DNA of 50,185 nt. Source: Candidatus Eiseniibacteriota bacterium. Its GTDB lineage: Bacteria; Eisenbacteria; RBG-16-71-46. The notes below the pieces were generated by a model. It had not been told where the DNA came from. It ran no database searches and saw only the letters and a program-made list of their open reading frames with translations. The position numbers and the translations under genes were made by a program. This document shows, piece by piece, positions 1-7,413 of this stretch; positions within the stretch are counted from its first letter, which is position 1, and each line of letters opens with the position of its first letter. The stretch spans positions 1 through 50,185 of the forward strand of contig DATEMP010000086.1 in NCBI GenBank assembly GCA_035275545.1, written 5' to 3'.

Positions 1-715
1 AGCCACGGTGCTCACGTCCAATCGGATGACCAGCCACGAGAAGACCACGAACGCCACCACCGATCCGGCCAGGGCGAGGTAGAGGATCGGATAGATCTGG
101 GTCCACGTGACCGGCAGCGTGCGCGACTCGCCGAGCAGGAACGAGGCGAGCAGGCACATCGGGGCGGCGACGATGTTGGCGACCGCGTTGGCGCCGATCG
201 CATCCTGGCGCGGGCCGCGCTTGAGCAGGGTGCTGCCCAGCGCCGCGCTCACCGTGGCGAGCCAGATCGCCAGCAGCGGGAGGGCGGTCACCGACGCGCC
301 CAGCTGGTGCCCGAACAGGACCGCCACGCCCCCGAGCGCCACCAGCGCGCCCGCCATCTTCAGCAGCGCGAGGCGCTCGAGACCGAAGAGGCGGGCGATG
401 ATCGCGCCGGTGATCGGCACCGTGGCGTAGACCACCGCCGCCATGCCCGAGGACACCACTGTCTCCCCCCAGTAGAGGAGCGGGATGTTGATGCCGAACT
501 GGAAGAAGCCGTAGCCGACCGCGGCACGGAGCGCCGGGCCAGAGGGCCACGGCCGCCGGCGGAGCCGCTCGATCGCCACCAGCACCAGCGCGGCGAGCAC
601 GACCCGCAGCGTCGCGCCCCACATGGGCGGCACCGTGTCGTTGCCGATGCGGATGAAAAGGGAACGTGCTGCCCCAGACGAGCGTGCAGACGGCGAAGCC
701 GAGGGCGGTGTTCAT
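1..715 (-). CDS. EamA/DMT-family membrane transporter. The 3' end lies outside the window, and the N-terminus is disrupted by an apparent 1-nt frameshift.
   Basis: Absent from the ORF track because it runs off the window edge. Minus-strand translation from the ATG at 715 gives MNTALGFAVCTLVWGSTF. At the run ttccctttt (reverse complement of 656-664) the sensible frame shifts by one base and continues LFIRIGNDTVPPMWGATLRVV... through to VVAFVVFSWLVIRLDVSTVA at position 1. The product is hydrophobic with an EamA-like WGSTF motif. Confidence 0.65.
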   Translation of the reverse strand, partial: MNTALGFAVCTLVWGSTFPFHPHRQRHGAAHVGRDAAGRARRAGAGGDRAAPPAAVALWPGAPCRGRLRLLPVRHQHPAPLLGGDSGVLGHGGGGLRHGADHRRDHRPPLRSRAPRAAEDGGRAGGARGRGGPVRAPAGRVGDRPPAAGDLARHGERGAGQHPAQARPAPGCDRRQRGRQHRRRPDVPARLVPARRVAHAAGHVDPDLSDPLPRPGRIGGGVRGLLVAGHPIGREHRG

Positions 716-718
716 GAA

Positions 719-762
719 GGCGCGCAGGCTAGCACAGGGCGGTCTGTGCTAGCCTGCGCGCC
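719..762. promoter_or_regulatory. Perfect 18-bp inverted repeat with an 8-nt spacer in a divergent intergenic region. Candidate operator or 5' hairpin.
   Basis: ggcgcgcaggctagcaca (719-736), spacer gggcggtc, then tgtgctagcctgcgcgcc (745-762). The arms are exact reverse complements. The repeat fills almost the whole gap between the EamA start (715, minus) and the proline dehydrogenase start (770/791, plus). Confidence 0.6.
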
Positions 763-790
763 GCCGATCATGGAGGAGGGACCGCACCGC

Positions 791-1717
791 ATGCTGCGCC
801 GGGTGTTCCTGTGGGCGTCGGAGAACGAGTGGTGCCGCCGTCGCCTGCCGCGCTACGGGTTCGTGCGCAGCGCCGTGAAGCGCTTCATGCCCGGCGAGGA
901 CGTTGCGTCCGCGCTCGCCGCCACCACCTCGCTGAACGCGAGCGGCATGGGCACCGTGCTCACGCTGCTGGGCGAGAACGTCCGCGACCAGGCGGACACC
1001 GCGGCGGTGGTGAAGCACTACATCGAGGTCATGGAGGCGATCGCCACACAACGGCTCGACGCCGAGGTGTCGGTGAAGCTCACGCATCTCGGCCTCGACC
1101 TCGCCCCCGGGATCGCGGAGGCCAACCTCAAGCGCATCGCGTCGCGCGCCGCGGAGCTGGGCCAGGACGTCGCGGTCGACATGGAGGGGAGCCCCTACAC
1201 CGAGCGCACGCTCGCCCTGTTCCGATGCGTGCGCGCGGCGCATCCGAACGTGGGGCTCTGCCTGCAGGCCTATCTCAAGCGCACGCCCGCCGACCTCGAG
1301 TCGCTGCTTCCGCTCCATCCGATGATCCGGCTCGTGAAGGGTGCCTACGCGGAGCCCGAGGCGATCGCCTACCCGGGCAAGGCCGACGTGGATGCCCAGT
1401 TCGTGAAGCTCGCCCACCGGCTGCTCGAGGCGAAGCAGGCGGCCCCGGGGACGCGGGTCATCTTCGGCACCCACGACCGGCGCCTGATCGCCGACCTCCA
1501 GCGCTGGGCGGAGTCGCGCGGCATCGCCCGCGACGGGTACGAGTTCCATCTCCTCTACGGGATCGGGCGCGACGACCAGCTCCAGCTCGCCCGGGCCGGG
1601 TACCACGTGCGGGTGCTGATCTCCTATGGCGCCGCGTGGTTCCCCTGGTACATGCGCCGGCTGGCGGAGCGCCCCGCGAACGTCTGGTTCGTGGTGAAGA
1701 GCCTCTTCGCACGCTAG
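791..1717 (+). CDS. Proline dehydrogenase (monofunctional PutA-type PRODH)
   Basis: This is the 3' part of ORF 623..1717. The sequence is PRODH-like throughout (LTLLGENV, VSVKLTHLGLD, VDMEGSPYTERTL, CLQAYLKRT, IRLVKGAYAEP, FGTHD, EFHLLYGI). The ATG at 791 is preceded by GGAGGAGGG (773-781). ATG 770 is an alternative start. A start at 623 would overlap the divergent gene and the palindrome. Confidence 0.9.
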   Translation: MLRRVFLWASENEWCRRRLPRYGFVRSAVKRFMPGEDVASALAATTSLNASGMGTVLTLLGENVRDQADTAAVVKHYIEVMEAIATQRLDAEVSVKLTHLGLDLAPGIAEANLKRIASRAAELGQDVAVDMEGSPYTERTLALFRCVRAAHPNVGLCLQAYLKRTPADLESLLPLHPMIRLVKGAYAEPEAIAYPGKADVDAQFVKLAHRLLEAKQAAPGTRVIFGTHDRRLIADLQRWAESRGIARDGYEFHLLYGIGRDDQLQLARAGYHVRVLISYGAAWFPWYMRRLAERPANVWFVVKSLFAR

Positions 1718-1922
1718 GGCACCAGGCTGCTATCCCGCTGTCTTGACGCCGGATAGGCGGTTCGCCCACACTGCACGTCGGTCCCGCTAATCCATCCCGC
1801 ACCGCTGACCGATGACACCACTGAACCCTTCCGGGCGCTGCCCTGGGTACGCCGAGGGCCGCCTCGGCGTGGTGCTGCACCCGGATCACTCCATCCATAG
1901 ACACCATCTTCGAGGATCGAGC

Positions 1923-4229
1923 ATGTCACCGGAGACCATCGCGATCTGGACGATGCGTTGCGCGGTCGGCGCGCTGCTGACCGTGCCCGTCCTGGCCTAC
2001 GCCGCGGCCGAGGAGACGGCGCAGGTCGCGGCCGAAGAGCTCCCCGCGGTCGAGCGCCCGGCGCTCAAGGTCGACGAGCTCCGCGATGCGCTGACGCTGG
2101 ATGGGATCCTGAGCGAGAGCGCGTGGTCGCAGGCACGCGATTCGATCGCCAACCTCACGACCATCGAGCCCCGCGAGGGCGCTATCCCGGTCGGGCGCAC
2201 GGTCGTCAAGGTGCTCGCGAACGCGGACCACCTCGTGTTCGGGATCCGGTGCTTCGATCCGGACGCGCGGCGGATCGTGGCGCATTCGAAGGCGCGCGAT
2301 GCGCTGCTCGACGAGGAGGACCACGTCATCCTGGTGCTCGATACGTTCCAGGACGGGCGGTCGGGGTACGTGTTCGCGGTCAACCCGTCCGGGGCGCGCT
2401 TCGACGGCCTGGTGATCGCGCGCGGGGAGGAGGTCAACAGCGCGTGGGACGCGATCTGGGAAGCGAAGACCTCCCGCGACGAGGGGGGCTGGAGCGCCGA
2501 GATCCGGATCCCGGTCAAGAGCCTGGGCTTCGATCCCGGGCTCAAGGAGTGGGGCCTCAACGTGCAGCGCCGCGTCCAGAGGCTCCAGGAGACCAGCCGC
2601 TGGTCGGGCGCGAGCCGCGACTTCGAGATCTACCAGACCAGCCGGAGCGGGCTGCTCGGCGCGCTGCCGCGCTTCGACCAGGGGGCGGGCCTGAGCGTGC
2701 GGCCGGCGCTGGTGGGTCGTGCCACCAAGGTCTCGAAGCTGGCGGAGACCGACTACGACGGCGAGCCCAGCCTCGACGTCACCAAGACCCTGGGGCCGAA
2801 TCTGCTCTCGTCGCTCACGACCAACACCGATTTCGCCGAGACCGAGGTGGACGCGCGGCAGATCAACCTGAGCCGCTTCCCGGTGTTCTTCCCGGAGAAG
2901 CGCAGCTTCTTCCTCTCCGGGTCGGACATCTTCGAGTTCGGGCTCGGGCTCGACGAGGAGACGCTGCTGCCGTTCTTCTCGCGGCGGATCGGCCTGTTCG
3001 GGGTGAGCGAGGAGGAACAGGCGGCGATCCCCGTCGACGCGGGCGGCAAGCTCACCGGGCGGATCGGCCGCACCAGCCTGGGCGCGCTGGCGGTCGGCAC
3101 CCGGCGCGTGGACGATCTCCACCTGATCGAGGAGGACCTGATCCTCGACGTGCCCCGCACCACGATGGGGGCGGTGCGCGTCAAGCGGGACGTCCTCGAG
3201 GAGTCCTCGCTCGGCCTGCTCATGAACTTCGGCGACCCGCTCGGCCGCAGCGACAGCTGGACCGGCGGCCTGGACTTCACGTACCAGAACTCGCATTTCC
3301 AGGACGACCAGAACTTCCTGGTCGGCGTGTGGGGGCTCGTCAACGACCGGCGGGGCCTGTCGGGCGAGAAGTCGGCGTACGGCGTGCGCATCGACTACCC
3401 CAACGATCCGGTGGACATCAACCTGGCCTCGATGCGGATCGGCGAGGGGTTCGACCCCTCGCTGGGGTTCGTGCCGAGGCGTAACGTGCACCTCTGGGAC
3501 TTCAGCGCCACCATCACGCCGCGCCCCTGGTGGCCGGGGGTGCGCGAGCTGACCCAGGAGCTGAACTTCACGCTCTACAACACGCTCAGCAACAACACCT
3601 GGGTGAGCTACTCGCTGTCGGCGCGGCCCTTCGACGTGCTGTTCCAGAGCGGCGACCGGTTCGAGTTCGCGATCGAGCCCGAGGGGGACCGTCCCGACGA
3701 CACCTTCTCGATCGCCGACAACGTCGATCTGCCCGCCGCCTCGTACGAATGGGTGCGGTATCTCGTGGGGGTGCGCTCCGCGGAGAAGCGGCGCGTGAGC
3801 GGCCACGTGCTGTACCAGTGGGGCGACTTCTACGACGGCCGCCTGCGCACGGTCGACATGCGGCTGGCGGTGCGGCCTACCGGCCTGCTGACGCTCGAGC
3901 TGACCGGGGAGCGCAACACCGGGGACATCGTGAGCGTGGTCGAGGTCGACACCGTCGAGGTGTTCGAGCCGCGCCACATCCTCGAGCAGGTCTTCGGTGC
4001 CCGCATCGAGGTCAACGTCTCGGCGGATCTGCAGCTCAGCAGCTTCACGCAATACGACACGGAGAGCCGCGAGTTCGGGAGCAACAACCGGCTGCGCTGG
4101 TCGTTTGCGCCGCAGGGCGACCTGTTCGTGGTCTACAACCACCAGATGGAGCGGCTGCGCATCGACAACCGGTGGCGGTTCCTCTCGAACCAGATCCCGG
4201 TGAAGGTCCAGTACACCTGGCGGTTCTGA
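1923..4229 (+). CDS. Secreted or outer-membrane DUF5916-type protein with an N-terminal carbohydrate-binding family 9-like domain
   Basis: ORF 1812..4229. Internal ATGs at 1923 or 1953 give the signal peptide MRCAVGALLTVPVLAYAAA. The N-terminus has a CBM9-like pattern (LDGILSESAWSQA, DHLVFGIRCFD, DHVILVLDTFQDGRSGYVFAVNPSGARFDG). A long beta-rich region follows, ending in VQYTWRF (aromatic C-terminus typical of OM beta-barrels). Confidence 0.8.
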   Translation: MSPETIAIWTMRCAVGALLTVPVLAYAAAEETAQVAAEELPAVERPALKVDELRDALTLDGILSESAWSQARDSIANLTTIEPREGAIPVGRTVVKVLANADHLVFGIRCFDPDARRIVAHSKARDALLDEEDHVILVLDTFQDGRSGYVFAVNPSGARFDGLVIARGEEVNSAWDAIWEAKTSRDEGGWSAEIRIPVKSLGFDPGLKEWGLNVQRRVQRLQETSRWSGASRDFEIYQTSRSGLLGALPRFDQGAGLSVRPALVGRATKVSKLAETDYDGEPSLDVTKTLGPNLLSSLTTNTDFAETEVDARQINLSRFPVFFPEKRSFFLSGSDIFEFGLGLDEETLLPFFSRRIGLFGVSEEEQAAIPVDAGGKLTGRIGRTSLGALAVGTRRVDDLHLIEEDLILDVPRTTMGAVRVKRDVLEESSLGLLMNFGDPLGRSDSWTGGLDFTYQNSHFQDDQNFLVGVWGLVNDRRGLSGEKSAYGVRIDYPNDPVDINLASMRIGEGFDPSLGFVPRRNVHLWDFSATITPRPWWPGVRELTQELNFTLYNTLSNNTWVSYSLSARPFDVLFQSGDRFEFAIEPEGDRPDDTFSIADNVDLPAASYEWVRYLVGVRSAEKRRVSGHVLYQWGDFYDGRLRTVDMRLAVRPTGLLTLELTGERNTGDIVSVVEVDTVEVFEPRHILEQVFGARIEVNVSADLQLSSFTQYDTESREFGSNNRLRWSFAPQGDLFVVYNHQMERLRIDNRWRFLSNQIPVKVQYTWRF

Positions 4230-4233
4230 CCGC

Positions 4234-5958
4234 CTAGCGCAGCAGCAGCACCCGCTCGCTCTTGGTGGGAGCCCGCCCCACCACCGCCATCCGGTAGAAG
4301 TAGGTCCCGGTCGCGAGCGTGCGGCCTGCGTCGTCGAGGCCGTCCCAGAGCACCTGGTGCTCTCCGGCCGGCGAGAAGCCGTCCACCAGCGTGCGCACCT
4401 GCCGCCCGGTGACGTCCCAGACGTCGATCCGCACCTGGGCCGCCTCGTCGAGCCGGAAATCGATGCGGGTCGCGAGCCCGGGATGGAACGGGTTGGGAGC
4501 CGCCCGTCCCAGGACGCCGGTGCGCGTCTTCCAGGGCATGGGCGGCACGCTCACGGTGGGATCGAGCCCGTCCAGGAACAGCACGTACACCGCGCCCCGG
4601 TCCGTGCCGCCGTCGTCGTCGCCGGTCATCCCCACCACCACCCCGGCAACGCTCGGACCGCCCGCACCCTGGGGAGGGCCGGGGGCTCCGTCGTAGTCGC
4701 CCAACCACGCGAGCGAGGTGCCGAACGCGTCCAGGTTGTGCATGACCGCGGTGAAGTTGCCAAAGAAGTCGCTGATCTTCGACGAGCTCGTGCACACGCC
4801 GTTTGGACCGAGGTAGACGATGTAGACCGCGCCGCGGTCCTCGCCGCCGTCGTCGTCGCCGGCCACGCCGATCGCGAGGCTCGCGGCCGAGCCGCCGGTG
4901 CCGTCGAGGTCGCCGATCCATTGCACCGCGCCCCCGAACTCGTCGCTGTCGGCGAGGATGGCCTGAAAGTTGCCCGCCAGATCGCTGATCTTCTGCTCGC
5001 CGATCACGGTGCCGGCGGCGTTCAGGAACAGGATGTAGACCGCGCCCCGGTCGATGCCCCCGTCATCGTCGAAGGTGGCGCCCACCGCGATCGCGCTCTC
5101 GCCGGGGCCCGCCGGGCCGTCGAGGTCCCCCAGGGCGGTCACCGAGCTGCCGAAGTCGTCCGCGTTGTCGAGCACCGCCTGGAAGTTGCCCTGGGTGTCG
5201 CTGATCTTCCTCTCGGAGAGCACCGTTCCCGTGCTCGAGAGGAACAGGATGTAGACCGCGCCGCGGTCACCGCCGCCGTCGTCGTCACCCACCGCGCCCA
5301 CGGCCAGCGCCGTGACGCTCGGCCCGGTGCCGTCCAGGTCCCCCAGGTTGGCCACCGCCCCGCCGAACTCGTCGAGGTTGTCGAGCGGCGACACGAGGTT
5401 ACCGACCGTGTCGCTGATCTTCGTGTACGAAAGCACGTTGCCCGTCGTCGACAGGAACAGGATGTAGACGCACCCGCGGTCCGTGCCGCCGTCGTCCTCG
5501 CCGACCGCGCCCACCGCGATCGCTCCGGCGCTCGGCCCGGCGCCGTCGAGGTCCCCGAGGGACGCCACCGAGCTGCCGAACTGGTCGACGTTGATGATCA
5601 GCTCGGGAAAGTTTCCCTGGGTGTCGCTGATCTTCTGGTAGGAGAGCACCCCGCCCGTGGCATTGAGGAACATGATGAAGACCGCGCCGCGATCGCCGCC
5701 GCCGTCGTCGTCGAGGGCGGCCCCGACGGCGATCGCGCCCACGCTCGGGCCCCCGCCGTCGAGGTCGCCGAGGTAGGTCGCCGAGCCACCCAGCTCGCAG
5801 AGGTTGGTGAGGGGGGCCGTGAAGTTGCCCGCCAGATCGCTGATCTTCTGGTAGGACAGCACGTTTCCCGTGACCGCCCGGGCCGGATCGGCCCCGAAAA
5901 GGCCGGGAACGACCAGGACTCCGAACATGATGAAGCAAGGCAGAATTCGGCGGCGCAT
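4234..5958 (-). CDS. Secreted FG-GAP/integrin-alpha-like repeat protein with a FlgD-Ig/T9SS-like C-terminal domain
   Basis: ORF 4234..5991. ATG 5958 is preceded by GAGGAG. Signal peptide MRRRILPCFIMFGVLVVPGLFG. Six ~70-aa repeats carry the motifs KISDxxGNF, FGxSVxxLGDLDG and DDDGGxDRGAVYILFL. The C-terminus (PNPFHPG...IDVWDVTGRQVRTLV...GTYFYRM) is FlgD-Ig-like. Confidence 0.85.
   Translation of the reverse strand: MRRRILPCFIMFGVLVVPGLFGADPARAVTGNVLSYQKISDLAGNFTAPLTNLCELGGSATYLGDLDGGGPSVGAIAVGAALDDDGGGDRGAVFIMFLNATGGVLSYQKISDTQGNFPELIINVDQFGSSVASLGDLDGAGPSAGAIAVGAVGEDDGGTDRGCVYILFLSTTGNVLSYTKISDTVGNLVSPLDNLDEFGGAVANLGDLDGTGPSVTALAVGAVGDDDGGGDRGAVYILFLSSTGTVLSERKISDTQGNFQAVLDNADDFGSSVTALGDLDGPAGPGESAIAVGATFDDDGGIDRGAVYILFLNAAGTVIGEQKISDLAGNFQAILADSDEFGGAVQWIGDLDGTGGSAASLAIGVAGDDDGGEDRGAVYIVYLGPNGVCTSSSKISDFFGNFTAVMHNLDAFGTSLAWLGDYDGAPGPPQGAGGPSVAGVVVGMTGDDDGGTDRGAVYVLFLDGLDPTVSVPPMPWKTRTGVLGRAAPNPFHPGLATRIDFRLDEAAQVRIDVWDVTGRQVRTLVDGFSPAGEHQVLWDGLDDAGRTLATGTYFYRMAVVGRAPTKSERVLLLR
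4576..5871 (-). repeat. Six tandem ~210-bp coding repeats (FG-GAP-like blades)
   Basis: Protein-level periodicity of 69-79 residues (aa 41-109, 110-180, 181-251, 252-323, 324-393, 394-472 of the 585-aa ORF) with conserved DxDxDGG calcium-loop-like motifs. Confidence 0.85.
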
Positions 5959-6267
5959 CGGGCGACTCCTCACGATCGAAGCATGACGCACGTTGGATGC
6001 CGTTCAACGGTTTCGGGGGACATGGACACCCACACGAAGTCGTTTAGCAGCACGCGAATTCTAATGCAGTGTGAATTGCGGTTTCCATAGAGGACGGTGG
6101 GAATCGCGCTGTTTTCATCACGCCTTGGGCGAATTGACCCCGCGGTGCCGTCGCGGTGACGTTCGCGAGACATGGCGCAAAGCGAGAACCCCCCGGACCC
6201 GGATGCGTGAAGACATCCGTTTCCGAGGGGCTTCGTCAGGCCGCCGCTCCCCACGTCGGCCCGTGAA

Positions 6268-7398
6268 TCAGAAGTCCATCTGCGCCTGGAGCCGCGCGCC
6301 GTCCACCGATTCGCTGGTGTTCGCCTGCAGCCGCACGTCCCCCTGAAGCTTGAGGCTGTGGCCCTTGAGGTAGTAGTTCATCCCGACGTAGGTGACGTCG
6401 CGCTTCCCGCCGCCCACCGCCGTGTCGAACCGCGTCTCGTCGAACCGGGCGAACGGCTGGAGCCTTTCCTGAAGCACCAGGAAGCCGGCGCCCACCATCC
6501 ACACTTTGGTCTCGATCGAGGGTCCGGCGCCCGAGGGGTCCACCTTGACCACGTTCGCCTCTCCCTTCACGAACAGCCGGCCGGCGCCGACCGGGACGTC
6601 CAGCATGCCGTCCCCACCCACCGCCGAGTACGCCGCGCTGTCGGTGTTCGCCACGTTCTCGATCTGCTGGAAGCTGCCGTTGACGCCCAGCGAGTACCAC
6701 CGGTCGGTGCCGAAGTGCGCGTCCTGGAACACGTCCTTCGTCGAGCCGAAGTTCACGTCCAGACGTCCGACCACCATGGGGCGGTCCTGGTAGCGGCCCG
6801 CGATCCGCCGGTTGTCGAACAGACCCACCGCCCAGGGGGTGCGTCCCTGGTACCCCTTGCCCATGAGTTGGAAGCCGGTCGCGTTGTCGGCGAGGCCGAG
6901 ACCGTCGGGCACGCCCGACACGTCGCCGCGGTCCACCGCCAGCTGCTTGGAATCCGAGGTGAGACGGTCACGGGAGAACGGCTGGTCGTACAGGCCCGCC
7001 CGCATCTCCACGCCGCCGCCCAGCACAAACTGGATCCACGCGTTCTCGACCGCCGCGGACGGGGTGATTCCGTTCTGGTCGGTCTGGTCGATCTTCCACT
7101 CGAAACCGTAGCTCGCGGTCTTCATCTTGCCGTTCGCCTTGAAGCGGGCGCGGCGGATCATGAAGTCCCGCTGGCCGTCGGTGATGCCTCCGACCAGCAC
7201 GTGGTCCAGCTCCATGCGGGGCTGGAGCCGGAACCCGAGCTCGAGGGTGTGGCCCTCGGTCTCGAACACCTTCACTCCGCACCGCGCCACATTCGGTGCC
7301 GCCATCAGCACCGCCAGCACCAGGCCCGCTCCCACCACGGAGCGTGCACGCGCATCACTGCGTCGGCCTTTCAAGGGATGGATCTCCTTTTCTTTCAT
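6268..7398 (-). CDS. Outer-membrane porin, phosphate-selective porin O/P (OprO/OprP-like) family
   Basis: Full ORF. Has a signal-like N-terminus and a Porin_O_P-like pattern (LELGFRLQPRMELD, FMIRRARFKANGKM, WKIDQ). The sequence shows alternating beta-strand character and a terminal F (LQAQMDF). It starts 15 nt after the stop of RND pump 2. Confidence 0.8.
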   Translation of the reverse strand: MKEKEIHPLKGRRSDARARSVVGAGLVLAVLMAAPNVARCGVKVFETEGHTLELGFRLQPRMELDHVLVGGITDGQRDFMIRRARFKANGKMKTASYGFEWKIDQTDQNGITPSAAVENAWIQFVLGGGVEMRAGLYDQPFSRDRLTSDSKQLAVDRGDVSGVPDGLGLADNATGFQLMGKGYQGRTPWAVGLFDNRRIAGRYQDRPMVVGRLDVNFGSTKDVFQDAHFGTDRWYSLGVNGSFQQIENVANTDSAAYSAVGGDGMLDVPVGAGRLFVKGEANVVKVDPSGAGPSIETKVWMVGAGFLVLQERLQPFARFDETRFDTAVGGGKRDVTYVGMNYYLKGHSLKLQGDVRLQANTSESVDGARLQAQMDF

Positions 7399-7413
7399 GA
7401 CGGTACGCTTCGA

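Noticed and set aside
623-790. Upstream extension of the proline dehydrogenase ORF
   Set aside because: It would overlap the divergent EamA start by more than 90 nt and read through the 44-nt palindrome. The translated extension is Arg/Ala/Glu-rich with no PRODH similarity.
1926-4142. 738-aa minus-strand ORF antisense to the DUF5916 gene, and similar long ORFs at 24004-25548 (-), 26101-27981 (-), 27911-29881 (-), 16140-18359 (+), 47184-49601 (+), 42748-43953 (-) and 43616-44932 (-)
   Set aside because: All are antisense or alternate-frame to genes with clear family signatures. Their translations are Arg/Pro/Gly/Ala-rich low-complexity sequence.
5992-6267. 276-nt relatively AT-rich intergenic region checked for tRNA or small RNA genes
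   Set aside because: I found no cloverleaf-compatible T-loop or anticodon-stem arrangement and only short 5-bp hairpins. It is most simply the promoter and 5' region of the FG-GAP-like gene plus the 3' region of the porin gene.
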